Source of the DNA: a virus
Taxonomy: Duplodnaviria > Caudoviricetes
Length of the DNA stretch: 52,507 nucleotides
Direction: 5' to 3' (one strand)
IMG/VR virus record: IMGVR_UViG_3300028388_005074
Location: 1 to 52,507 of that record
The notes under the pieces are model-generated. The model had not been told where the DNA came from, searched no databases, and saw nothing but the letters and a program-made list of their open reading frames with translations. Position 1 is the first letter of the stretch, and each line of letters opens with the position of its first letter. Both the position numbers and the translations under genes were made by a program. Positions 18,052-28,949 of this stretch are shown here, in pieces.

Positions 18052-20925
18052 ATGACTGATACACTAACGGATTTTAATCGTCGACAAGTTGTATTGCATC
18101 CTGATAGAGTCCGCGAGATTCTACCAGAACATTTTCTCGATCAATATCCAAATTTTGTTAGGTTTCTAGAAGTATATTATCAGTTTTTAGATTCAGATGC
18201 GGCGCATGGTTTTACACAAACTGTTGCAGATTTGATAAAAGCGCGGGATATAGAAGGTACTTCATTATCGCAATTGAATACTTTATTAAAAGAGATAGGA
18301 TTAAACACCCTTAACATTAATTACTTTGATAATCCTAGGTTTGCTGCTAAGTTTTTAACAGATTTCTATAGGTCTAAGGGGTCAATTCTTTCGGCAGAAG
18401 CGTTTTTCAGAGCCTTTTATGGAATTGAAGCTTCAATTGAATACCCGAAGCGAAATATTATTATTGTTGGTGAATCGCCCATCGGTCCGGAAGACTTATA
18501 CGTTATTCAAGACGGCGCGCTTTATCAAATTTATTCGATTTTGATAAAATCAGAATTGCCAAGAGGAGTTTGGGATCAGCTATATAAGCAGTTTGTTCAC
18601 CAAGCTGGGTTTTATCTCGGTAGCCAAGTTATCATTGTTGCTATAAACAAATCTCCAACATCCGCTGAATCTCAACCTATAGCAATTGCTGATAGTGCGG
18701 GCAATAGCACTGTTTATATTGTAACGTCTAACGCTGTTGCTTCAGCTGACGAAGAATTGACGCTACACCTAGAAGACGAGACTCCAACCTTGAGAACGAC
18801 AGTTGATGAAACAATTGACAAGTATAGCGGCCTGACTGTTGGTCAATTGCAAGCTATGTATGAATCGCCAAGAGACATGATGTCTGTTGCAAAACCAAGA
18901 TTTGACCTTGATAGCGCGACAACGACCGACATGTCTAATACTATTGAAACGTTTGACCACGTTCAGTATCCATACGAACCAACAACCTTCTTTGAGCCTG
19001 GAATTGCAGTAGATAATATTATACTTAACGCTCCTGTTCTCGGCAATCCAACAGTTACCGATATTGTGTCTGACTTTAGTCCAGACAACATTGTAACGGG
19101 CGCGCCTACACTAGGAACAACATCCGCAACTGAATTGACAGTGGCCCCTCTATTCCTCAACTTTGCCGCTGATGCATACGAGCTCGATGGCACACCAATA
19201 TCGTTTGACAGTGCAGTTTCATATACCAGCTCTGGGGTAGATAGCGATTTCCGAGCATTGACAATGCTCATTGACAGTGATGGATATATTAAATTCACCC
19301 CACATAACCTGATGGCCGCGTCTAATGACTTCGGAAATTCAACTGTGTGGTTCGATGTTCTGAATTTGAATATAGATTCGGGAGTCAGCGATCCGGATGG
19401 TGGCAACAATGCGTTTACTCTAACTGAAACTGGTGGTGGTTTTGGGTATCTGTATGGCACATACCCTGGGGACAATTTCCACTGGTTTACAAATGCGTTT
19501 TATATTCGACGCCGCGCAGGAACTGGCCGAGTTGCAATGTATGACCCAAACATTACAGATATCACCGTTGCAATCGATTCCAACTGGCAGCTGTATTATG
19601 TGACTGATATCGGCCGCGCGGTAGGGACTGCAACAATCGGCATTCAAATGGAAGGTTCTGGCGATCAAATCGATATCTACGCAGCCCACTCATTTAGATC
19701 GGGCATCGGACTTACCAACGCTGGTGTGATGCCAATTGGTATGGCGAAGAATCCAGATCGTGCAGATACATATGTTCCAACAACGACAGGTCCTATAATT
19801 CTTCCTCGTCGTAATCACCACACTTTCAACGCTGTTGATAGTTCGTGGGATCGTGTGGGTCTTTATGTGGAATCAAAAACGCCAGCTACTAATCTAATTG
19901 CACTTAGCCAAGATTTTGTTTCGTCTTGGGGATCGTTTAATGCAGGAACGAGAACAAGAACTGCAATCTCTCCGGATGGAAAACTAAACGGAATTAGGCT
20001 TGTTGATGATGGCCTAACAGGAACTGGTGATGTTAGATTAACATATTCCACAACAACTGTAGAAACATCGACGGTTTACACTTTTTCATGCTTTATGAAA
20101 GCTGATCAACTAAACTGGGGATATCTCGGAACAGCTGGTTATACAACGCCTGCTAATGGCAACACATTCTTCGATCTTTCAACAGGTACGGTAGGAACCA
20201 CGGCGCCAGGACATCTAGCTAGAATTCAAAACTACGGTCGTGGTTGGTATCGCTGCTCTATTACGTTTACAACCGATGCAGCTGATACAGTCGGAACACC
20301 TATTATTGGTGTAGCGACCGCTGATAACAACACCACAGTTGATCGTGATGGGACATCATCAATTTATATCTTCGGAGCTCAATTTGAAAAGAACTTCGTT
20401 GCATCATCTTATGTCCCAACAACTGGCCGAACCGAAACTCGTAGAAACGAATTCGTCGATGTTCTATCCAATGTAATGAAATATTCTACAAGCGGCACAA
20501 CAATTCAAATGAGTGGAACTCTTGCTTATGGTGATGCTGATTCTGCTGCTGACGTTACCTTTATCAACTGGGAGCGAGATGCAGACGACTATATTCGTTG
20601 GACATTAAACACATCTGGTTCAAAAACTGGCGAAGTGACGTTTTCACAATCTGACAGCGGAACTCTAGATGTCGTCACTTCCGACAGCGCAGCATACGCT
20701 CCAGGCAACATTGTTCCGTTTAATATTGCAGCTCGGCACGGATCGACGTTTATTAATGGCGCTGTCGATGGAACCGCACTAACAGAAGACCTAACGCCAA
20801 CCGGGTTAGCTTTGCTTGGTTCTGCCAATCTATCAATTGGCTCTAACTTTACTGGAGTTATTTCTGTACTACAAGCGTGGGATTCGGATAAGGGTAATGG
20901 CGGAATAGCAGCTTACAGCTCGTAA
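18052..20925 (+). CDS. gp7-like baseplate wedge protein with C-terminal fibre/spike-type carbohydrate-binding-like domains
   Basis: LPEHF...YPNFVRFLEVYYQFL, FYRSKGS, FVHQAGFY (gp7-like N-part). C-part has TNL...GWYRCS...GAQFE...SYVPT..TR. Lies between gp6 and gp8. Confidence 0.75.
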   Translation: MTDTLTDFNRRQVVLHPDRVREILPEHFLDQYPNFVRFLEVYYQFLDSDAAHGFTQTVADLIKARDIEGTSLSQLNTLLKEIGLNTLNINYFDNPRFAAKFLTDFYRSKGSILSAEAFFRAFYGIEASIEYPKRNIIIVGESPIGPEDLYVIQDGALYQIYSILIKSELPRGVWDQLYKQFVHQAGFYLGSQVIIVAINKSPTSAESQPIAIADSAGNSTVYIVTSNAVASADEELTLHLEDETPTLRTTVDETIDKYSGLTVGQLQAMYESPRDMMSVAKPRFDLDSATTTDMSNTIETFDHVQYPYEPTTFFEPGIAVDNIILNAPVLGNPTVTDIVSDFSPDNIVTGAPTLGTTSATELTVAPLFLNFAADAYELDGTPISFDSAVSYTSSGVDSDFRALTMLIDSDGYIKFTPHNLMAASNDFGNSTVWFDVLNLNIDSGVSDPDGGNNAFTLTETGGGFGYLYGTYPGDNFHWFTNAFYIRRRAGTGRVAMYDPNITDITVAIDSNWQLYYVTDIGRAVGTATIGIQMEGSGDQIDIYAAHSFRSGIGLTNAGVMPIGMAKNPDRADTYVPTTTGPIILPRRNHHTFNAVDSSWDRVGLYVESKTPATNLIALSQDFVSSWGSFNAGTRTRTAISPDGKLNGIRLVDDGLTGTGDVRLTYSTTTVETSTVYTFSCFMKADQLNWGYLGTAGYTTPANGNTFFDLSTGTVGTTAPGHLARIQNYGRGWYRCSITFTTDAADTVGTPIIGVATADNNTTVDRDGTSSIYIFGAQFEKNFVASSYVPTTGRTETRRNEFVDVLSNVMKYSTSGTTIQMSGTLAYGDADSAADVTFINWERDADDYIRWTLNTSGSKTGEVTFSQSDSGTLDVVTSDSAAYAPGNIVPFNIAARHGSTFINGAVDGTALTEDLTPTGLALLGSANLSIGSNFTGVISVLQAWDSDKGNGGIAAYSS

Positions 20926-20932
20926 AATACTG

Positions 20933-20940
20933 TATAAATA
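20933..20940 (+). promoter_or_regulatory. T4-type late promoter
   Basis: TATAAATA upstream of ORF 20968. Confidence 0.85.
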
Positions 20941-20967
20941 ATATCAAACGATTGTTAAAGGTATAAA

Positions 20968-21402
20968 ATGACAAGACAGAATATAGCACTTGGAACTTCT
21001 GCCAATGATGGCACCGGCGATTCCTTGCGCGCGGCTGGTACTAAAATCAATGAGAATATAGTTGAATTATATCAGCAGTTTGGTGGGGATAGCGACGTTC
21101 TTCCTGGTAAGGTCGTTTTACACAATAATATTACAGTCACTGCTGACGGCGCGTTGTCAGTTGCATTCTCATATTACGTTCTAAATAAAGCAACAGCACT
21201 TGCAATTTCACTTCCTGACGGAACATACGTTGGCGAAGAAAAAACATTTACCAACAGAGGCGTTGGAACTGCAACAATAACTCCATCTAATTTTGCTGGC
21301 GGGACGTCGTTTGCGCTTGCAACGGGAGAAGGGTGCAAAACCACGTGGGACGGCGCCAATTGGTACATTACAGCTAACAATAGCCAACTTACAATAGTTT
21401 AA
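20968..21402 (+). CDS. Short gp9/gp10-like baseplate fibre connector (144 aa)
   Basis: RQNI.LG..ANDGTGDSLR.AG.KINEN..ELY is the gp9/gp10 N-terminal motif. Confidence 0.7.
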   Translation: MTRQNIALGTSANDGTGDSLRAAGTKINENIVELYQQFGGDSDVLPGKVVLHNNITVTADGALSVAFSYYVLNKATALAISLPDGTYVGEEKTFTNRGVGTATITPSNFAGGTSFALATGEGCKTTWDGANWYITANNSQLTIV

Positions 21403-21417
21403 TAAGGTTGTCCTTTT

Positions 21418-22734
21418 ATGGCCATTTTAATAACAGCACTAAAACAACAACTTCTGAATTATCTGGATTCTGATTTTAGATCTGGAAATAACAAGTACTA
21501 TCTTGGTATTGGCAGATCGCAGCTGTGGAATGATTCTGATGTCGCGACGGCGTCTGTTAATTCACGACAGGAAGTATTTAACTTTCAAACCAACCTTCAA
21601 GCTGTCAAACAAATGTCGGATATTTCTTATGTTGTTCCAAGAATTAATTGGTCAGCCGGCACTATTTACGAACCATACGACGACGCTATCGTCAGCAACA
21701 ATTCAGATTATTACGTTTTAACCAGCTCGAACGCGGTTTATGTTTGTCTACAACAGGGCCGAGATGCACTTGGTAACATTAGAACATCCGTCATTGAGCC
21801 TTCATCTACACTAGCTACTCCACAGACGACTGCTGATGGATATGTGTGGAAGTTTCTTTACTCTCTATCAGCGCTAGAAAGAAACCGGTTCCTTGCTGCA
21901 AACTACATGCCAGTCCGATACATTGATTCTTCTGATGGATCGATTCGAGAGGATGAGCAAGTAACAATTCAAAACGCAGCAGTTAATGGTCAAGTGATTG
22001 GCATTCAGGTTATCGATGGCGGAACTGGATATGCGTCCGCTCCCGCAGTTACTATTGTTGGAGACGGTGATAGTGCCACAGCTACTGCTACGATTAGCGG
22101 AGGATCTGTAGTAAAGGTTGAAGTGAGTAACTATGGATCAAATTATTCATACGCTAGTGTTCATTTTGCATCAGGGAATGCGACCGCAAGAACAATTTTA
22201 GCTCCTCCAGGCGGAATTGGCGCTGATCCAGTAAAAGATCTTAGGGCGTCTGCTCTTATGTTTAATTCGCAGCCAAGCGACACAGAAGGCGGCGAATTCC
22301 TAATTGATCAAGAATTTAGACAGGTCGGCATTATAAAAAATATAAGAACACCAAATGATTCCGACTTTACAAACATCGTTGGGATTGCTTTGAATAAACT
22401 AACTTTTGCACCAGGTGCAACTGGGTTTGTCGCTGACAACTTGATAGTCGGTGCAACATCTAATGCAAAAGCTTATATAGATTTTGTCGATTCTTCTGCA
22501 GGGGTTTATTATCACCAAGATCAGACGACTGGGTTTAGGTCCTTTATTACCGGCGAATCTCTATCATCCACCAATTTAAATGGGGTTTCTATTGTCGGAA
22601 CCGGGGTTGCTGATTCTGATCTTCCTGCTACTGTTGATAAGTATACTGGTGAGGTTTTGTATATTGACAATAGAACTGCAATCTTAAGGTCAAATGCGGA
22701 AACCCAAGATATTAAATTAATTGTTCAGCTATAA
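21418..22734 (+). CDS. gp8: Baseplate wedge subunit gp8
   Basis: YYLGIGRS..W, VVPRINW..GT.Y..YDD, VYVCL, DGYVWKFLY, FRQVGIIKN, GEVLYIDNR..I.RS...QDIKLIVQ. Confidence 0.93.
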   Translation: MAILITALKQQLLNYLDSDFRSGNNKYYLGIGRSQLWNDSDVATASVNSRQEVFNFQTNLQAVKQMSDISYVVPRINWSAGTIYEPYDDAIVSNNSDYYVLTSSNAVYVCLQQGRDALGNIRTSVIEPSSTLATPQTTADGYVWKFLYSLSALERNRFLAANYMPVRYIDSSDGSIREDEQVTIQNAAVNGQVIGIQVIDGGTGYASAPAVTIVGDGDSATATATISGGSVVKVEVSNYGSNYSYASVHFASGNATARTILAPPGGIGADPVKDLRASALMFNSQPSDTEGGEFLIDQEFRQVGIIKNIRTPNDSDFTNIVGIALNKLTFAPGATGFVADNLIVGATSNAKAYIDFVDSSAGVYYHQDQTTGFRSFITGESLSSTNLNGVSIVGTGVADSDLPATVDKYTGEVLYIDNRTAILRSNAETQDIKLIVQL

Positions 22735-22748
22735 CGGTATAATAAAAC

Positions 22749-25700
22749 ATGGTCAGCCAAGTTACCCAATCTCTCTTTGCATCAACATATAAAGACGATT
22801 ATGCTGATAGCGATAACTATCATCGAATTTTGTTTAACAGTGGGCGAGCTCTTCAAGCAAGAGAACTCACCCAGATGCAAACAATCATTCAAAGTGAAAT
22901 CGCGCGCTTTGGGAAAAACATATTTAAAGAGGGCGCGGCAGTAAATCCGGGTGGGGCAACATTAAATGCTGCATATGAATTTGTTAAGTTAAATACTTCT
23001 GTATTTGCTCTACCAGCAGATCCTAGCACAATATTAAATAACATATTTGTTGGCGACACTTCAAACCTTCGTGTTAAAATATTAGAGGTTGTCCCTGCAG
23101 AAGGATCTGATCCAGCGACCCTGTATATTCAATATCTCGGTGACGCTAGCGCGGGGGCGGCTACTAGTTTGCGTCTGACTCCTGGGGAAACAATCACAGA
23201 TGGCGCCAATACTCTTGTCATACAGACAACAAATACAACAGTAAATCCTGCGGTTGGACAAGGTGTTAAGATTTCAAGCGCGGAAGGCGATTTCTTTGCA
23301 CTTGGTCATTTTATCTACGCGCCGGCCCAATCATTAATCCTTAGCAAATACAGCTCTGACTTTACAGGAGTTGTTGGGTTTGTGGCCGCCGAAGATGTTG
23401 TCACATCAGCTGATAACCCAGCGCTGTTTGACAACCAAGGAGCAGTTCCAAACCCGTCTGCTCCGGGCGCAGATCGATATCGTATTCGATTGACGCTGAC
23501 CGAACAGTCGCTCGTTGACTCAGATCAGGTATTTGTTTATTTCGCAAATATCGTGGAATCGAGAATTGTTGAGACGGTGCAGGGAACAGATGATTATAAC
23601 AAAATCAATGATCTTCTCGCTCTAAGAACAAAAGAAGAATCTGGAAACTATGTTGTCCGTCAATTTAAATTAAAGTTTGATGAAGACTCGGATGCTGGGT
23701 TCTTGATTGCTGATATTTCTCCGGGGACAGCATATGTTAACGGATATAGAATTAACAAAAATACAACAACAAAAATCCGGCTGCCGAAACCAACCACTAC
23801 GGAAACAATTAATAATGAGGTTGTTGCAGCAAACTACGGCAATTATATTAACACCAGCAATTTGATCGGTATACCAAACACCAACCAGTGTGAGCAGTGG
23901 AATCTTAGATCAGCAACTGGGTATGGTGGGTCTACAATCGGAACCGCTAGAGTTCGAGCTGTACAAGAAGACGGAGGTGGGTATCGGTTATATCTATTCC
24001 GTGTGCAGATGGTTGGTAATAACAGTTTTGAATCGGTTCGTAGTATTGGATCGAGCGTCACCAATTATGCAGATCTTGTACTTGAAGCCGGTGTTGCTGT
24101 TCTTAAAGATGCTGCAAATAACGACCTGCTGTTTCCTTTACCAAATACCCGGCCTTCTACGATAACAGACATAAGCTTGCAGGTCGAGCGAGTTTTTGAG
24201 GGCGTCGCGACAGATGGGTCAGGAAACGCTACCGTTGGGCCGTTGTCAGGAAGCCAAACATTTGTTAATCTGACTGACTGGGTTGTTGTAGCTGATTCTG
24301 ATGGATCCAATTTGTCCAGCACTGTTACAATAACAGGTGCTGGAACCGGAAGCGCATCGATTACTGGAACCGGCGTTATTAGTGGATCCATTGACGTTAT
24401 TGCATATGTAAACATTCCTGCCGGCACGTCGAGAGCAAAAACACTAACAGAAACAACTGTTACTACGACTATTGATTCTGATGGCAACGGAACCCGGTTT
24501 ATTAACCTAGGCAAAGCAGACGTTTACGACGTATCGCGCATTCGCGACACCGATTCTGATGGAACAGACTTAACATCATCATTTATTTTTGATAATGGTC
24601 AACGCGACAATTTCTATGATGTCGGCCGCCTAATTCTTCGTAGTGGCCGGTCGATTCCCGCTGGAAACGTGTTTGCAAGATTTAGATATTTTAATCCCGG
24701 CGCTGGCGATTTCTACTCTGTTAACTCTTACAGCGGTATACCGTATGCTGATATTCCCTCTCATCGACTAGTAAATGGGCCGACTGTTGAGTTGCGGGAC
24801 GTGCTCGACTTCCGCCCAAGAATTAATGATGCAGGAACGGGATTTACAGGAACAGGATCAGCAGTTAACCCACTCCCACAGAACACTGACATTGTCACTC
24901 TTGATGCAACATATTACGAACCTAGATTTGATAAATTGACTGTTACAGAAGAGGGTGTGATTAGATTTGTTACCGGCGAGCCAGACCTCGATCCCAAGTT
25001 TCCAGAAACTCCTGGTAACAGTCTAGAAATATATCGCGTGCGATTTAACGCAAACACTCTCGATCCAGAAGATATTGGGATGCAGCCAATCGAGAACAAA
25101 CGCTACACCATGGCTGACATCGGCTTGCTCGAGAAAAGAATCGACAGGTTGGAAGAGTTTACAACACTCAGCATGCTTGAAATGGCGACGGAAAACGTTG
25201 CAGTGTTTGATTCATCAGGATTAATTCGTACAAAAGCTGGGTTCTTAGCAGATAATTTCTCGGACCATTTCTACTCAGCGACGTTTGAAGAAGATTATGC
25301 AGCTTCTATCGATCCTCGCGAAAGAGTTCTTCGCCCATTAGTAAATTCTAATAACATTAGAATAATCTACGATTCTGACCTATCAACCAACGTTGTGCTA
25401 AAGGGTGATAACTTATACATCAATTATACTGAAACGACATTGATCGATCAGCCTGTTGTTTCAAGGACAGAAAATATCAACCCATTTGCTGTTATTACTA
25501 GAAACAATAATATTCAGCTGTCTCCAGCTTCTGATGAGTGGAAAGAGACAAGAACGATTGCACCTCGCGTAATTGATGGCGGTGTGCGCCTTGATCGCAG
25601 CCAAGCAAGACTGTTCAATGAATGGCAATGGCAGTGGTCTGGTGTTCGGTTGGCAAATGCTAGAGTCGGTACGGTTCTTGGATCAGCGACGGCGGCGTCA

Positions 25701-27956
25701 TCAAGTACCAATACATCTACAACACAGCGCGGATTCAACACATTAACCACCACAGCGACAACAACTACTACAACCACTACAGTCGATAGAATTGTTGCTT
25801 CGGAAACAATTCGCGAGGTTGTTGGAACGCGTGTTGTTGATGTTGCTATTATACCGTTTATGCGCTCTCGTAAGGTTTACTTCAGAGTACGTGGACTAGT
25901 ACCGTATCAACGCTTCTTCCCATTCTTTGACGAAGTTAGTGTTTCGTCGTGGTGCCGCCAAGAAACTTTTAGAAGATTCGCTAGCGATACCACCGATTGG
26001 GGCAACAGATTCCGCAGCGCGGCGGCCCACCCAGAAGGATCTAGCAATCTTGTTTCGGATGCTAACGGAACAATTGAAGGATCGTTCTTTATTCCAAACA
26101 CATCCGCTCTACGGTTTAGAACTGGGACGCGTGAATTTAAGCTACTAAATGTTAGCGTTAATGACGAAAACCAGGCAACGTCTGTGGCGACTGGCAACTA
26201 CACGGCAAATGGAGTACTAGAAACTCTGCAGTCGACAGTTCGCTCAACCCGAGAAGTAACAGTCTCTTCTCGGAGAACGACGACATCGCGGACATCAAGA
26301 GTTACAGCAGTTACAGCACTGGATACCGGCACTCCAGAGGGCGTGTGGGACCGCGGAGGTGGCCGAGAAGATCGAGGCGATTTCGATCCACTCGCACAGT
26401 CGTTCTTCATCGATAATTCTGAGGGCGTGTTCATCACCAAAGCGCGGGTCTACTTTGCGTCTAAACCAACTGGCGGCGATGTTCCAACACCTGTTGAGTG
26501 CCAGATCCGCCCATTGGTCAATGGCTATCCAGCTTCAGATCAGATTGTACCAGGCGCCATTAAGGTTCTAACACCAGCTGAAGTCAATGTCGTTTCGACA
26601 CAAACCCAGGCGGGCGTATTGGCGACGCCGACCGATTTTGAGTTTGACGAACCGGTCTATCTAAATCCATTTACAGAATATGCAATTGTTCTACTTGCAG
26701 ACACAACTGCATATAATGTATACATTGCGCAAACAGAAGACTTTATCCTCGGCACAACACAGCGCAGAGTTTCAAGACAGCCTTCACTTGGATCGTTGTT
26801 TAAATCACAAAACGCTTCTACGTGGGAACCAGCTCAGAATCAGGATCTAACGTTTAGACTGTTCAGAGCAGACTTTGATACTGCTGGAGGAACAGCAGTA
26901 TTGGAAAATGCAGACGTTCCAGTTTTTGCGTTGGATGAAAATCCAATCCAATTGGATTCAGCGAGCAACTGGGCAACAGTATTCCATCCCAACCACGGAT
27001 TTGACTCTGGCGATACCGTAACAATTTACGGTCTCGATTCAGCAACAACTTATGGTGGAATACTTGGAACAAGCGTTCTTGGCAACAGAGTTGTTAGTTA
27101 TCCCGACCAAACAGGTTATAAAATTGCATTGGATTCTGCTGCTACGTCTTCCGTCGACATCGGAGGAACTTTGGTAGAGGCTTCGCAGAACATTATGTTC
27201 AATATTGCGTATCCATTCCTAGAAACTCTCGTCCCAGAGCTGACCAACCTATCAGCCACCGCAAAGTTTACAACGGGTAAATCGTATGCAGGGTCAGAGT
27301 CTAGGTTTGTTAAAGATACCACATTCAAGTCGATTGGTCTTCTGGAAAACAACTTGTCGACTGCTCCTAGAATGATAATTAATCCAGTCAACGAAGCTGT
27401 TCAGCTTGGCGCTGGGCAAAGATCGACAACAATGCAGGTTTCTCTATTGACGGGATCGTCATTCGTCTCTCCAGTAATCGACTTGCAAAGAGCTTCGATG
27501 ATCTTGATTGAAAATATTATCGACAAGCAGGACTCAGATAGAGACGCTGTAGGATTCAACACTCCTCTGACGTTTGTAGCTGAGACAGAACCAACTGGTG
27601 GATCTTCAATCGCCAAGCACATTACTGTTCCAGTAACTCTTGCTGAGCCGGCCGTCGGACTAAAAGTAATCGTTTCTGCCAACAGACCATCAGCAGCTGA
27701 TTTCCATATTTACTATAGAACAGGTGGTGAAGGATCAAATATTACAGATATTAATTGGACACTGCTGCCTCCAGAAGCAGCAATTCCATCAGACGAGAAT
27801 TCAGCTGTTTACAGAGAGTATCGATACCTCGCGGGGGGACTTGCAGGCGCACTTCCGGCGTTTACTCAATATCAACTAAAGATTGTTATGAGATCAACTA
27901 ACAGCTCGCGTGTACCAACACTAAAAGATCTGAGGGTAATTGCTCTTGCGGACTAA
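22749..27956 (+). CDS. Large virion structural protein (DUF4815/VrlC-like, 1735 aa)
   Basis: YKDDY...YHRILF.SGRALQARELTQMQ, APGADRY, RT.EESGNY, FDNGQRD, KRYTM.DIG.LEKRI, DPLAQSF. Confidence 0.88.
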   Translation: MVSQVTQSLFASTYKDDYADSDNYHRILFNSGRALQARELTQMQTIIQSEIARFGKNIFKEGAAVNPGGATLNAAYEFVKLNTSVFALPADPSTILNNIFVGDTSNLRVKILEVVPAEGSDPATLYIQYLGDASAGAATSLRLTPGETITDGANTLVIQTTNTTVNPAVGQGVKISSAEGDFFALGHFIYAPAQSLILSKYSSDFTGVVGFVAAEDVVTSADNPALFDNQGAVPNPSAPGADRYRIRLTLTEQSLVDSDQVFVYFANIVESRIVETVQGTDDYNKINDLLALRTKEESGNYVVRQFKLKFDEDSDAGFLIADISPGTAYVNGYRINKNTTTKIRLPKPTTTETINNEVVAANYGNYINTSNLIGIPNTNQCEQWNLRSATGYGGSTIGTARVRAVQEDGGGYRLYLFRVQMVGNNSFESVRSIGSSVTNYADLVLEAGVAVLKDAANNDLLFPLPNTRPSTITDISLQVERVFEGVATDGSGNATVGPLSGSQTFVNLTDWVVVADSDGSNLSSTVTITGAGTGSASITGTGVISGSIDVIAYVNIPAGTSRAKTLTETTVTTTIDSDGNGTRFINLGKADVYDVSRIRDTDSDGTDLTSSFIFDNGQRDNFYDVGRLILRSGRSIPAGNVFARFRYFNPGAGDFYSVNSYSGIPYADIPSHRLVNGPTVELRDVLDFRPRINDAGTGFTGTGSAVNPLPQNTDIVTLDATYYEPRFDKLTVTEEGVIRFVTGEPDLDPKFPETPGNSLEIYRVRFNANTLDPEDIGMQPIENKRYTMADIGLLEKRIDRLEEFTTLSMLEMATENVAVFDSSGLIRTKAGFLADNFSDHFYSATFEEDYAASIDPRERVLRPLVNSNNIRIIYDSDLSTNVVLKGDNLYINYTETTLIDQPVVSRTENINPFAVITRNNNIQLSPASDEWKETRTIAPRVIDGGVRLDRSQARLFNEWQWQWSGVRLANARVGTVLGSATAASSSTNTSTTQRGFNTLTTTATTTTTTTTVDRIVASETIREVVGTRVVDVAIIPFMRSRKVYFRVRGLVPYQRFFPFFDEVSVSSWCRQETFRRFASDTTDWGNRFRSAAAHPEGSSNLVSDANGTIEGSFFIPNTSALRFRTGTREFKLLNVSVNDENQATSVATGNYTANGVLETLQSTVRSTREVTVSSRRTTTSRTSRVTAVTALDTGTPEGVWDRGGGREDRGDFDPLAQSFFIDNSEGVFITKARVYFASKPTGGDVPTPVECQIRPLVNGYPASDQIVPGAIKVLTPAEVNVVSTQTQAGVLATPTDFEFDEPVYLNPFTEYAIVLLADTTAYNVYIAQTEDFILGTTQRRVSRQPSLGSLFKSQNASTWEPAQNQDLTFRLFRADFDTAGGTAVLENADVPVFALDENPIQLDSASNWATVFHPNHGFDSGDTVTIYGLDSATTYGGILGTSVLGNRVVSYPDQTGYKIALDSAATSSVDIGGTLVEASQNIMFNIAYPFLETLVPELTNLSATAKFTTGKSYAGSESRFVKDTTFKSIGLLENNLSTAPRMIINPVNEAVQLGAGQRSTTMQVSLLTGSSFVSPVIDLQRASMILIENIIDKQDSDRDAVGFNTPLTFVAETEPTGGSSIAKHITVPVTLAEPAVGLKVIVSANRPSAADFHIYYRTGGEGSNITDINWTLLPPEAAIPSDENSAVYREYRYLAGGLAGALPAFTQYQLKIVMRSTNSSRVPTLKDLRVIALAD

Positions 27957-28176
27957 GAATTTAATTCCAGTAGAAGGGCATTCGCACCTAGCTCGTGATC
28001 CCACAACGGGCGCGATTGTCAATATAAATAAAACAGAAATACATCAAGCGCAAGAACGCAAAAAAGTTCGTAAAAACCAGCAAAAAGAATTGCAACACTT
28101 AAAACAAACTGTTGATCATTTAGCTGATGAAATGAATGAGCTCAAGCGACTAATTTTAAAACTAGTAGAGAAATAA
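27940..28176 (+). CDS. Small coiled-coil protein conserved after the DUF4815 gene (start may be TTG 27946)
   Basis: VEGHSHLARDP.TGAIVN.N...coiled coil...ELK.LI..L. Confidence 0.75.
   Translation: MLLRTKNLIPVEGHSHLARDPTTGAIVNINKTEIHQAQERKKVRKNQQKELQHLKQTVDHLADEMNELKRLILKLVEK
28023..28030 (+). promoter_or_regulatory. Intragenic T4-type late promoter
   Basis: TATAAATA about 150 nt upstream of ORF 28180. Confidence 0.5.
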
Positions 28177-28179
28177 CAG

Positions 28180-28941
28180 ATGGCTATTATTAATGTTAGT
28201 TTAACTGATCTAATTAGTGCTTGGGTTGATAAATTCAACTCTCTCAGCGCCCATGCAGGCGATCCTGCATTGCTCGCCGACTCCGATCTTGTTACCGCAA
28301 TTAATAACATTTCATTAAACACCACATTTGGTGAATTGACCGTAACTGGAAACGTTGATATTGCCGGTAATTTAACCCTTGGTGATTCTGCTAGCAACAC
28401 ACTAACATTTCCAGGAACGTTTACAGGCAATTTAATCCCAACCGCAGACGACACCTACGATGTTGGTAGTGCTTCTTTGCGTTGGAAAGATGCTTACATC
28501 GACGGTGTTGCTTACATTGATGCGTTTGTTTATAATGGGGTTCCGATTGCAACAACCGCAGCAGAGATTAATCTAATCGAAGGATTGACAGATTCTGCAC
28601 AGGTTCAACTAGATGCAAAGGTGGCGCGGACAAGCTCAACCGGTTCAGCTCAAATTCCTACTGGAACGGAAGCGCAAAGAGATGGATCGCCAACTGCTGG
28701 TTATTTCCGGTTTAATACGACAACTGGCCAGTTTGAAGGATATGATGGATCTGCGTGGGGTTCAGTTGGCGGCGGTGCAACTGGTGCAAACGGCGATGAA
28801 GTGTTCATTGAAAACGATCAAACAGTCACTTCCGATTATACGATTACAGCAGGTCGTAGTGCAATGAGCACCGGCCCAATAACAGTTGATAGCGGAGTTA
28901 CTGTGACAATTCCTGATGGATCAAGATACGTCATTGTATAA
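28180..28941 (+). CDS. Tail fibre-like protein (253 aa)
   Basis: P..DDTYD.GS..LRWK, IP.GT.AQR..SP..G.FRFN.T..QFEGY.G..W, and a C-terminal GPITV.SGVTVTIP.GSRYVIV. Confidence 0.8.
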   Translation: MAIINVSLTDLISAWVDKFNSLSAHAGDPALLADSDLVTAINNISLNTTFGELTVTGNVDIAGNLTLGDSASNTLTFPGTFTGNLIPTADDTYDVGSASLRWKDAYIDGVAYIDAFVYNGVPIATTAAEINLIEGLTDSAQVQLDAKVARTSSTGSAQIPTGTEAQRDGSPTAGYFRFNTTTGQFEGYDGSAWGSVGGGATGANGDEVFIENDQTVTSDYTITAGRSAMSTGPITVDSGVTVTIPDGSRYVIV

Positions 28942-28949
28942 GGTAGACT

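Noticed and set aside
22738-22745. Late promoter before the 1735-aa gene
   Set aside because: The sequence is TATAATAA rather than TATAAATA and lies only 3 nt from the ATG.
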